Part shown: one piece after another, positions 53,562-61,687 of the stretch
Layout of the letters: every line of letters begins with the position of its first letter
Position numbering within the stretch: position 1 is the first letter of the stretch
Assembly (NCBI GenBank): GCA_050250895.1
Contig: JBFWNU010000011.1
Coordinates: forward strand, 1 to 64,000
Source of the DNA: Vulcanimicrobiota bacterium
GTDB lineage: Bacteria; Vulcanimicrobiota; Xenobia; Xenobiales; JADMJV01
Direction: 5' to 3'
DNA: 64,000 bases
The notes under the pieces: generated by a model
Seen by the model: only the letters and a program-made list of their open reading frames with translations
Told to the model about the DNA's origin: nothing
Databases searched by the model: none
Program-made: the position numbers and the translations under genes

Positions 53562-54323
53562 ATGTCACTCAGACCAGCCTCTCGGCGCCCGATGTTCGGG
53601 CGTGCCGGGCGACCGCGTTTTCGGCGGTTCTCTCAGCGGGGAGGGTGCCGCTCCTGCGGCCAACGCTCCTCCGGCCAGCTCCAACGCACTTCCTCCCAGG
53701 GACTCTCCTCCCAGGGCAACTCCCAACGCGTTTCTAACCAGACCAACGGCGCTCAGGGCAATTCCTCGGGCCGCACGGCCAACCAGGGCTCTTCAGCCGC
53801 GACCAATCAGGGCAACTCGGGGACCCAGGGCAACTCGGGGACCCAGGGCAACTCGGGGACCCAGGGCAACTCGGGGACCCAGGGCAACTCTGGCACTCAG
53901 GGCAACTCTGGCACTCAGGGCAACTCTGGCACTCAGGGAAACACGAACTCAGACAGTAAGTCCTCGGGCTTCGTCGATCCTTTCAAGGCCCTCAACGAAA
54001 AGTATCTCAAGATCACCGACATGGGCGACGACGCCCAGCGCGACGCCGCTTTCAAGAACTTCCTCAAGGACCTCACCCCCGAGCAGCAGCGCATCTACCA
54101 GTGGAGTTACGACAACATCCAGGTTCATGGCGACTCGGGCCCCAGACCCAATCCGTCCCCGACCCCGCCGCCGGTGAACGTCAATCCGCCGGTCAACAAC
54201 AACGTCACTCCCCCGGTGAATAACGTCAATCCGCCGGTCGACGTGACGCCGACGCCCCCCATTCGCATCAACCCGCCCGTCTACCGCATCACGCCCCCCA
54301 ACGGCTGTTCTGGAGGCACTTGA
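53562..54323 (+). CDS. Low-complexity protein with QGNSGT repeats and Pro/Val/Asn tail
   Basis: Intact frame. Repeat variation is synonymous. Confidence 0.65.
   Translation: MSLRPASRRPMFGRAGRPRFRRFSQRGGCRSCGQRSSGQLQRTSSQGLSSQGNSQRVSNQTNGAQGNSSGRTANQGSSAATNQGNSGTQGNSGTQGNSGTQGNSGTQGNSGTQGNSGTQGNSGTQGNTNSDSKSSGFVDPFKALNEKYLKITDMGDDAQRDAAFKNFLKDLTPEQQRIYQWSYDNIQVHGDSGPRPNPSPTPPPVNVNPPVNNNVTPPVNNVNPPVDVTPTPPIRINPPVYRITPPNGCSGGT
53808..53933 (+). repeat. 7 x 18-bp coding tandem repeat
   Basis: 4x CAGGGCAACTCGGGGACC plus 3x CAGGGCAACTCTGGCACT. Confidence 0.95.
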
Positions 54324-54375
54324 GGATCTCGGCGTGGTGCAGTTAGCACCAATGGCTTGAACCTCTACAATGGCC

Positions 54376-54696
54376 TTATGAACTGGTAGCCTCGTCTAGA
54401 TACTCCTCGATAGCGCCCACCCGGGCGCTTATTTGTTTCTGCCCCAGGGCACCGAGGTGTTGAAAAAGTCGCAAGCGCGCCAACTGGCTACGTTGATAGT
54501 GGCGCATGCCGGACAGGACCACCGACAGCGGAACCTCGGTCTCTTCGTCTCGAGCCAGGGCGGTGGCCACTCCGCTTTCGAACTCGACTACCAGGTGGTC
54601 GGTTTCTTCGACGGCGGCGATGAGCTCGGCCAGACGGTCGCGGTCGTGATCGGTGAGGTCGGCTTCGAGCCAATCCAGGGCGTATTGTTCCAACAT
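54376..54696 (-). CDS. Hypothetical protein
   Basis: 106-aa helical ORF filling the gap. Confidence 0.6.
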   Translation of the reverse strand: MLEQYALDWLEADLTDHDRDRLAELIAAVEETDHLVVEFESGVATALARDEETEVPLSVVLSGMRHYQRSQLARLRLFQHLGALGQKQISARVGAIEEYLDEATSS

Positions 54697-54827
54697 GAGG
54701 CTTGCTTCTGCGTCGAGGGAGGGTTCCCTAGCGTGCTCTACTAGCGGTTAACATATTGGCAACAACGTCATCGGGGACAGACGGATATAACCTGGCCAGG
54801 GGAAAAAGCCAAAGCCAAGGAGGCCTC

Positions 54828-56456
54828 GTGATCATCCAGAACCAACTCAGCTCCGCAAGACTTGCAGCCCATTCTGCGGCCCGTAAGCAAACGGAAACCC
54901 AGGAGCCTCCCGCCCCCCCTGCCGACGAGGTCAGCCTCTCGTATCTGCCCCAGAATCCCGATCTACTCGGAGTCAAGCACGCCAAGGTCCCGGCCGGCGA
55001 ACTGGCTGACGGACCCAGCGGCAAGCGCTTGCGGGTCACCGTTCCACGCAACTTTCCCGAGGCCAAAGCCAGCGACAAGGGCAACTTCTTGTTCCGCCCC
55101 GACGACCCGCGCTTTGACGCGGTCAACACCTACTATGTGGCCGCCCAGACTCTGGCCATGGCCGAGAACTATGCCGGCCGTCCGCTCCCCTGGTCGTTCA
55201 CCGAGGAACTTGGCCGCGAGCAGATGCTGGTTCACCCTCACGCCGGCCAGGACACGGCTAACGCCTTCTATACCGCCGAGGGCGGCTCGATCAACTTCTT
55301 CAGCTACACCGGCGCCAACAACGAGGTGCACCGCACCGGCCTGCAATCAGACGTAGTGGCCCACGAGACCGGCCACGCCATTCTCGACGCCCTCAAGCCT
55401 GTCTACATCAACTCGCTGGCCGTGCCGGCGGGCGGATTCCACGAATCCTTCGGCGACATGGTGGCCATGCTGCGCGCCCTCAATGAAGAGAGCGTGGTAG
55501 CTGCCCTCAAGAGCGAGACCTCGGGCGACCTGAGCGGCTCGAACCTGGTCTCGCGGGTGGCCGAACAGTTGGGCTTTGACGCCTACGGCACTCCGGCCTT
55601 GCGCGACGCCGTCAACGACCACAAATTCGCCGACCAGCACTTCTTGCCTTATTATGACCGCAAAGACGGCAGCGCCTTCGGCACCGAGGCCCACGCCTAC
55701 GCCAACCTTTTCACGGGCGCCTTCTACGATGTTTTCCAGGGTCTTTACGACCTGCAGAACCAGGACCCCAACAAGTCCTTCGCCCAAGCGCTGGGCACCG
55801 CTCGCGACCAGGCCGGCAGGTTGCTGTTGCGGGCCGTGGAGTTCTCGCCGGTGGGCAACCCCGCCTATCCCGAGGTGGCCCTGGCCTTCTTGCAGGCCGA
55901 CCAGATCGACACCGGCGGCCAGTTCAGGCCGCTACTCGAGCAGGTCTTCAAAGCCCGCAAGATCCTGACCGACGAAGACATCCAGGGTCTCGACGCCCGC
56001 TCGCTGCCCAACATTTCGCTGCGTGGCGACGTCATGACCGAAAAGGGCGCCGACAAGTTTTTGGCCTCCAAGCGCGACAAGCTGGGCCTGCCCGGCGATG
56101 TCGAGTTCTCGTTCGCCCAGGCCTACAAGACCGACAAAGGAGAGACCTTCCTGGTGTGGGAGACCCATCGCGATGCGCTGCTCGACGACCCCGATTTCGG
56201 TATGCAAGAAGGCTCGAAGTTCCGCGGCGTCGGGGGCCTGACGCTAGCCTTCGACAGCGCCGGCAAGCTGATGGCCTGCAACTATGACGAGGTCAGCGAC
56301 CGCGAGATGAGCGACATCCGCGACCACCTGCGCACCACGATGGCGGCAGGGGCCCTGGCCACCGACGCCAATGATCACGACCACTCCAAACTGCACGTCC
56401 AGGTCATTCAAGACGGCGGGCCGGTGCTGCAGAAGGCTCCGGTGGTCTACTGCTAG
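54828..56456 (+). CDS. M4/M36-like zinc metallopeptidase
   Basis: NAFY, DVVAHETGH, GFHESFGD, EAH. AAGGAGG RBS before GTG. Confidence 0.88.
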   Translation: MIIQNQLSSARLAAHSAARKQTETQEPPAPPADEVSLSYLPQNPDLLGVKHAKVPAGELADGPSGKRLRVTVPRNFPEAKASDKGNFLFRPDDPRFDAVNTYYVAAQTLAMAENYAGRPLPWSFTEELGREQMLVHPHAGQDTANAFYTAEGGSINFFSYTGANNEVHRTGLQSDVVAHETGHAILDALKPVYINSLAVPAGGFHESFGDMVAMLRALNEESVVAALKSETSGDLSGSNLVSRVAEQLGFDAYGTPALRDAVNDHKFADQHFLPYYDRKDGSAFGTEAHAYANLFTGAFYDVFQGLYDLQNQDPNKSFAQALGTARDQAGRLLLRAVEFSPVGNPAYPEVALAFLQADQIDTGGQFRPLLEQVFKARKILTDEDIQGLDARSLPNISLRGDVMTEKGADKFLASKRDKLGLPGDVEFSFAQAYKTDKGETFLVWETHRDALLDDPDFGMQEGSKFRGVGGLTLAFDSAGKLMACNYDEVSDREMSDIRDHLRTTMAAGALATDANDHDHSKLHVQVIQDGGPVLQKAPVVYC

Positions 56457-57228
56457 GGCCCAGTTCGGCCACCATCACGGTCACGGCCTGACCGGCCAGG
56501 CCGACCCGTTGGCCTCTCACGGTGACGCGCACCACCCCACCTCGACTGCTAGCCTGATAGGCTAGCAGTCGCTGTTTATCCAGGCGGCTCGCCCAAAACG
56601 GACCCAAACAGCAGTGGGCCGAGCCGGTCACCGGATCTTCCGGCACTCCCACCGCCGGAGCGAAAAAGCGCGAAACGAAGTCAACCTCGGCCTGGCCGCG
56701 GGCGGTCACGATCACTCCCCGGGCCTCGACCCGGGCCAGCGCGCCAAGATCGGGGGCTAACTCGCGCACCGCCTCTTCGCTGGCCAGTTCGACCAGATAG
56801 TCGAACTGGTTGCGACCCACATAGACCGGCTCGGCCCCTAACGCCTCGAGCAAACCGGCCGGCGGCTGGCAAGCCGACTCGAGCTTGGCGGGAAAGTCGA
56901 GTTCGATCCAATCCGCCTGGCGGGTCGCTCCCAGAGGCCCGCTCAGCGAGCCAAAGGTCAGGGGCCCTTCCCCACCCAGCTCGTGCCAGAGCACATGGGC
57001 CGAGGCCAGGGTGGCGTGTCCGCACAGAGCCACCTCCGCGGTCGGGGTGAACCAGCGAATCTGATAGCCGTCGCCCTCCCGGTGAACAAAGGCTGTCTCG
57101 GAGAGATTCATCTCGAGAGCTAGCGACTGCATCCACCCGGGCTCGGCCGGTTGCTCGAGCACGCAAACGGCGGCGGGATTGCCACGGAAAGGCCGGTCGG
57201 TGAAGGCATCGACCTGATAGATACGCAT
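56404..57228 (-). CDS. PhzF-family isomerase
   Basis: QVDAFT..FRGNPAAV, NLSETAF, LCGHATLA, EDPVTGSAH. Confidence 0.93.
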   Translation of the reverse strand: MRIYQVDAFTDRPFRGNPAAVCVLEQPAEPGWMQSLALEMNLSETAFVHREGDGYQIRWFTPTAEVALCGHATLASAHVLWHELGGEGPLTFGSLSGPLGATRQADWIELDFPAKLESACQPPAGLLEALGAEPVYVGRNQFDYLVELASEEAVRELAPDLGALARVEARGVIVTARGQAEVDFVSRFFAPAVGVPEDPVTGSAHCCLGPFWASRLDKQRLLAYQASSRGGVVRVTVRGQRVGLAGQAVTVMVAELGPSSRPPEPSAAPARRLE

Positions 57229-57325
57229 GCCGGGGCCTTCGCCGTGGACATTTCATGGACATTCTCGTCACGATTGTGGGAAGGTTTATCCTAAGCTGGG
57301 AGCATCAAGAACAAGGAGTTGCCCG

Positions 57326-57919
57326 ATGAAAAAACAGTTGATCATAGCCCTCTGCGCCGGATGCTTACTGGCCGGTCCGGCCCAGGCCGACGAACTCACG
57401 CTGCCTCCCATCGCCCAGCAGTACGACGCCAATGGCGACGGTCGCCTCGATGAGGCCGAAGTGGCCGCCCTCAAAGAGTATTTTCGCCAGACCTACGACC
57501 GCAACGGCGACGGCAAGCTCGACGCCAACGAGCGCAAAGCCGCCCGCGAAATGGTCAAGCAGCAGCTGATGCCCCAGCTCGACAGCGATGGCGACGGCCA
57601 GCTGAGTCAGGCCGAGAAGCAGCGCGCCGCCGGACTCTTGCGCGAGCGCCTCAAGCGGCGCGCCGACACCAACCATGACGGTCAGATCGACGATAACGAG
57701 CGCCAGGCTGCGCGCGGGAAGCTGCGGGCCGCCGTGGTCAAGCACTTCGACACCGACGGTGACGGTCAACTCAACGAGCAAGAGAAGGCCGCGGCCGAAG
57801 AAGAGGCCACTTCCAGGGTGCTCGAGCGTTTCGACGAAAACCAGGACGGGTTGCTCAGCCGCGACGAAATTCGAGGAGCCATCTCGATGGTACGGAACTT
57901 CTTCGGTGGGAAACGATAA
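57326..57919 (+). CDS. Secreted EF-hand protein
   Basis: Signal peptide and six DxNxDGxL-type loops. AAGGAG RBS. Confidence 0.88.
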   Translation: MKKQLIIALCAGCLLAGPAQADELTLPPIAQQYDANGDGRLDEAEVAALKEYFRQTYDRNGDGKLDANERKAAREMVKQQLMPQLDSDGDGQLSQAEKQRAAGLLRERLKRRADTNHDGQIDDNERQAARGKLRAAVVKHFDTDGDGQLNEQEKAAAEEEATSRVLERFDENQDGLLSRDEIRGAISMVRNFFGGKR

Positions 57920-58577
57920 GATACTGGTGGTGGAGGACGAACCCGAGATCCGTGATCTGCTGGTCCACTACCTCCACAAAGACGGCTACCACGTCCTGAC
58001 GGCAAGCTCGGGCTCGGAAGCGCTCGAGAAGGCCCGTCAGGGCGTGGCCCTGGTCATTCTCGACATCATGATTCCCCGCCCTGACGGCCTGGATGTCACC
58101 CGCATCCTGCGCTCGTCTAGCGCCGTGCCCATCCTGATTTTATCGGCCCGAGGCGAAGAGGCCGACCGGGTGGCCGGCCTCGAGCTGGGAGCCGACGACT
58201 ATATGACCAAGCCGTTCCGTCCTCGCGAGCTACTGGCTCGAGTCAAGGCGCTCTTGCGCCGCTCGGCCATGCCGGCGTTCACCTCGGTCGAGAGCGGCCC
58301 GCTGGCCATCGACCTCGACAATCGCACGGTGCGACTCGAGGGCGAGCTGCTCGAGCTGACCCCCACCGAGTACGAGCTGCTGCGAACTCTGGCCGGGGCT
58401 CCCGGCAAGAACTTCACCCGCGAAGAGCTGCTGGATCGGGTCTGGGGGGTCGAGTATGTCGGCGACCTGCGCCGGGTCGACAACTACGTCAGCCGGCTGC
58501 GCCAAAAACTCAAGCGCGAGGACGGCCCCGACCTGATCCGCTCCATCTGGGGCGTGGGCTACCGGATGGAACTCTAG
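57906..58577 (+). CDS. OmpR/PhoB response regulator
   Basis: ILVVEDE, LDIMIP, GADDYMTKPF, winged helix IWGVGYR. Confidence 0.93.
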   Translation: MGNDKILVVEDEPEIRDLLVHYLHKDGYHVLTASSGSEALEKARQGVALVILDIMIPRPDGLDVTRILRSSSAVPILILSARGEEADRVAGLELGADDYMTKPFRPRELLARVKALLRRSAMPAFTSVESGPLAIDLDNRTVRLEGELLELTPTEYELLRTLAGAPGKNFTREELLDRVWGVEYVGDLRRVDNYVSRLRQKLKREDGPDLIRSIWGVGYRMEL

Positions 58578-59876
58578 ATGCATCTCTCCGTCCGCCTGGC
58601 CCTGTCGCACCTGGCCGTGATCGTGTTGTTCCTGGTCGTCTTCGGAGTGACGTTCACCTTGCTCAACGCACCCGCCCAGCCCGGCAATCGCCGCCAACTC
58701 TGGCGGGTGCGGCAGTTGCTCGAGAGCGGCCAGGAAGAGCGCATCCCGTCGCTGGGGCTGGCTCCAGAGGCCAGCCTGGAGCTCTATCTGCCGGGCGGCC
58801 AGGTGCGACACCTGCACGGCCCGGCCCGCTCCACTCCCCAACACCTGCCGGACGGTGTCTGGCAAGGAGCCGACATCGCCCAATTTTCGAGCGCCGAAGG
58901 CGTCAGCTTCTGGTTTCCCATCCGCCGTCAGGGCCAGATCACCGCCGTGGCTCGCCTGTCCGGGCTGCGCAGCCGTGAAGAACTGCGGCGCACGGCGGCC
59001 GGCGGCGTGCTGATGGCCTGTCTGGCCGCCACCGTCTTCTGCCTATTGGCTTCCTGGGGGCTTTCCCGGGCTCTGGCCGGGCCCGCCCGCCGCCTGGCCG
59101 CCACGGCCGAGCAGTTTGGCAGCGACAACCTGGAGGTTCGGGCCAAACCCGAGGGCCCGGTCGAGATGGTCGAGCTGGGCAAAAGTTTCAACCGCATGGC
59201 CGATCGCCTGAGCCAGAATGTCGAAGAACTCCAGCGCTCGGAATCGGCACGGCGCCTCTTCTTGAGCGACGTGTCCCACAACCTGCGCACACCGCTGGCC
59301 GCCATCGTGGGTTGGGCCGACGCCCTGAGCGAAGAGCCAGAGCCCGGCGAGGCGGCGGTTATGCTGACCCGCCTGCGGCGCGAGGCCCTCTATGTCAGTC
59401 GCACCATCGAGCGCCTGCTGGATCTGTCGCGCTGGGACCAGGCCGAGCCCGTGCTGCGCCTGGAGCCGGTGCCGCTGGCCGACATCTTGATGGAAGTGGC
59501 CGAGACCCTGGAAGAAGCCGCTCAGCGCAAGTCGATCGAGCTGGAATTCGTGGGGCTCGAAGCGGGCCTGAAGGTTCAAGCCGATCGCCATCGCCTCCGC
59601 GAACTGGTGCAGATCCTGTTGGAAAACGTGGTCGAGCACGCCGGCAGTCAGGTGAAAGTCGAAGTGGCCGTGGAACCGGTCGGCGAGCGTGTCAAGGTCT
59701 TGATTCGCGACGATGGAGCGGGCTTCGCTCCGGCCGCCTCGCCCCGCGAACATGGCCGGATCAGCCTGGGTCTGGCGATCGCCCGCCGGCTGGCCACTGC
59801 CCACGGTGGCAGCCTTGAACTTGACAGCCGACCCGGCGCGGGAACACGGGCCAGTTTTAGTCTCGCTCGGGCCTAA
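58578..59876 (+). CDS. HAMP sensor histidine kinase
   Basis: TM helices, HAMP, SHNLRTPL, N box, DDGAG, LGLAI. Confidence 0.92.
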   Translation: MHLSVRLALSHLAVIVLFLVVFGVTFTLLNAPAQPGNRRQLWRVRQLLESGQEERIPSLGLAPEASLELYLPGGQVRHLHGPARSTPQHLPDGVWQGADIAQFSSAEGVSFWFPIRRQGQITAVARLSGLRSREELRRTAAGGVLMACLAATVFCLLASWGLSRALAGPARRLAATAEQFGSDNLEVRAKPEGPVEMVELGKSFNRMADRLSQNVEELQRSESARRLFLSDVSHNLRTPLAAIVGWADALSEEPEPGEAAVMLTRLRREALYVSRTIERLLDLSRWDQAEPVLRLEPVPLADILMEVAETLEEAAQRKSIELEFVGLEAGLKVQADRHRLRELVQILLENVVEHAGSQVKVEVAVEPVGERVKVLIRDDGAGFAPAASPREHGRISLGLAIARRLATAHGGSLELDSRPGAGTRASFSLARA

Positions 59877-59999
59877 AGCTTCCGGCCGATCGGACGATGA
59901 GTAACAGCAGAGGCATCTAACGGTATATTGTTCTTCCCCAAAGACAGGAACCCCACCGTTCCTGCCCAAATAAGCTTAGATTCCAATTGGGAGTAGTTC

Positions 60000-60563
60000 G
60001 TGGACGAGCAACTCGAGCGCATGCGGCGGGCCACCCACGCCGAATTCGAAATGACCTGGTCGGCTCAAGCCCAGGCCAACAACTGTTTCGCAGCCATGGC
60101 TGGCCGAATCGACGACCTGTCGGGCACCGTCGGAGAACTCTCGGGCCAACTGACCACCGTATCCGACTCTTGCCAGATGATGAGCTTCGATGTCAACAAC
60201 CTGTCCGACGGCGTGTCGCGCGTCTCGGGCGAGGTGGTTTCGCTGGCCAACCAGGTGGCCCAGCTCTCGGGCGGGGTGGTGCGCCTGTCGGCCCGGCTCG
60301 AGCAGATCGCCAAGGATGTGCAGGCCGCCGCGGGCAAAGCCGGACGGATGGCCGACTTCGGCCACGAGGCGGCCGAATTTGGCCGGCAGGGAGTGCAGCT
60401 GGGGCGTCAGGTCGAGGAGCGGCTCAAGGGTCTCGACTCGAGCTTCTCGCGCTTTCTGGACGCCCTCCAGGCTGACCTCAGGCAGCGGGTCACGCCCGCG
60501 CAGTTCAAGTCGCTCGAAGAGCGAATCGAGCGCCTCGAGGGTGAACACTCCCAGGAACAATGA
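60000..60563 (+). CDS. Coiled-coil hypothetical protein
   Basis: Heptad pattern, GGGAG RBS. Confidence 0.65.
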   Translation: MDEQLERMRRATHAEFEMTWSAQAQANNCFAAMAGRIDDLSGTVGELSGQLTTVSDSCQMMSFDVNNLSDGVSRVSGEVVSLANQVAQLSGGVVRLSARLEQIAKDVQAAAGKAGRMADFGHEAAEFGRQGVQLGRQVEERLKGLDSSFSRFLDALQADLRQRVTPAQFKSLEERIERLEGEHSQEQ

Positions 60564-60603
60564 CGCCAGGGGTTACCCCACCGTGCCTTGAACAAGGGCG
60601 ACG

Positions 60604-61608
60604 GTGAAAGGCAGCCCGCTCAACAGAATCTATCGCCTGGGTGTGGTCGCCCTCGGCATGATCGTTTTCGGGGCCCTCGGCTACCGGCTCACCGCCCAGC
60701 TCGATTGGCTCGACGCCCTTTATATGACTGTCATCACCTTGAGCACCGTGGGCTTTCGCGAGGTGGGCCCGGGTCTTGACGACGACGCCAAGGTGTTCAC
60801 CATCGTGCTCATCGTGGGCGGGGCGGGCGTTCTGGCCTATGCGGTTACCACCACCACCGAGGTCCTGCTCGACGAGACCACCAGACACTACTTCCAACAG
60901 CGGGCTACCCTGCGGAGATCGAGAAGCATGAAGAATCACTACATCGTTTGTGGTATCGGACGGGTCGGCAAAGCGGTTTGTGAAGAGCTCGAAAGCGAGG
61001 GCATTCCGTTTCTGGTGGTCGAAGCCAATCAAGAGCTGGTGGGAGAAGCCTCGTCGCGCGGTTGGCGGGCTATCCAGGGCGACGCCACCGAGGAACGGAT
61101 CCTTCTACAGGCCGGCATCGACCGGGCCCGGGGCCTGATGACCTGCATCGACTCGGACGCCAACAACCTCATGGTCATCATGTCGGCCCGGGGCCTCAAC
61201 GAGAAGATCGAGATCTCGGGCCGGGTAGCCGAAGAGCGCAACATCGACAAGTTTCGCCGAGCCGGCGCCTCGCATGTCTACTCGCCCTTTTCACTGCTGG
61301 GCCGCCGCATCGCCCGCGCCCTGACCCGTCCCCGGGTGACCGAACTGCTCGATCTCGCTCTCGAACAAACCAACTACGACCTGGCTATCGAAGAGTGCCC
61401 CGTCAGCCAGAACTCGTCGCTGGTCGGCCAGACCCTGGCCGAATGCGGGTTTCGGGTGCGCTTCGGAGCCGTCGTTCTGTCCATCATTCGCGAGACGCGC
61501 GAAATTCTGCACAACCCCAGCGCCGACACGGCCGTGCTCGCTCATGACATTCTGGTTGTGCTGGGCAAACCCGACCAGCTGAGAGCCATCCGCGAAGCTT
61601 TATCCTAG
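60604..61608 (+). CDS. Potassium channel protein with RCK (TrkA-N/TrkA-C) domains
   Basis: Filter TLSTVGF, CGIGRVG, GDAT. Confidence 0.92.
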   Translation: MKGSPLNRIYRLGVVALGMIVFGALGYRLTAQLDWLDALYMTVITLSTVGFREVGPGLDDDAKVFTIVLIVGGAGVLAYAVTTTTEVLLDETTRHYFQQRATLRRSRSMKNHYIVCGIGRVGKAVCEELESEGIPFLVVEANQELVGEASSRGWRAIQGDATEERILLQAGIDRARGLMTCIDSDANNLMVIMSARGLNEKIEISGRVAEERNIDKFRRAGASHVYSPFSLLGRRIARALTRPRVTELLDLALEQTNYDLAIEECPVSQNSSLVGQTLAECGFRVRFGAVVLSIIRETREILHNPSADTAVLAHDILVVLGKPDQLRAIREALS

Positions 61609-61687
61609 TCTGGAATTCGGTTTACCCGGTTGTAACATCTCGATCGCTAGCGACTGCTAACTTCTTAGCAGGAGGAATCCAGCGACG

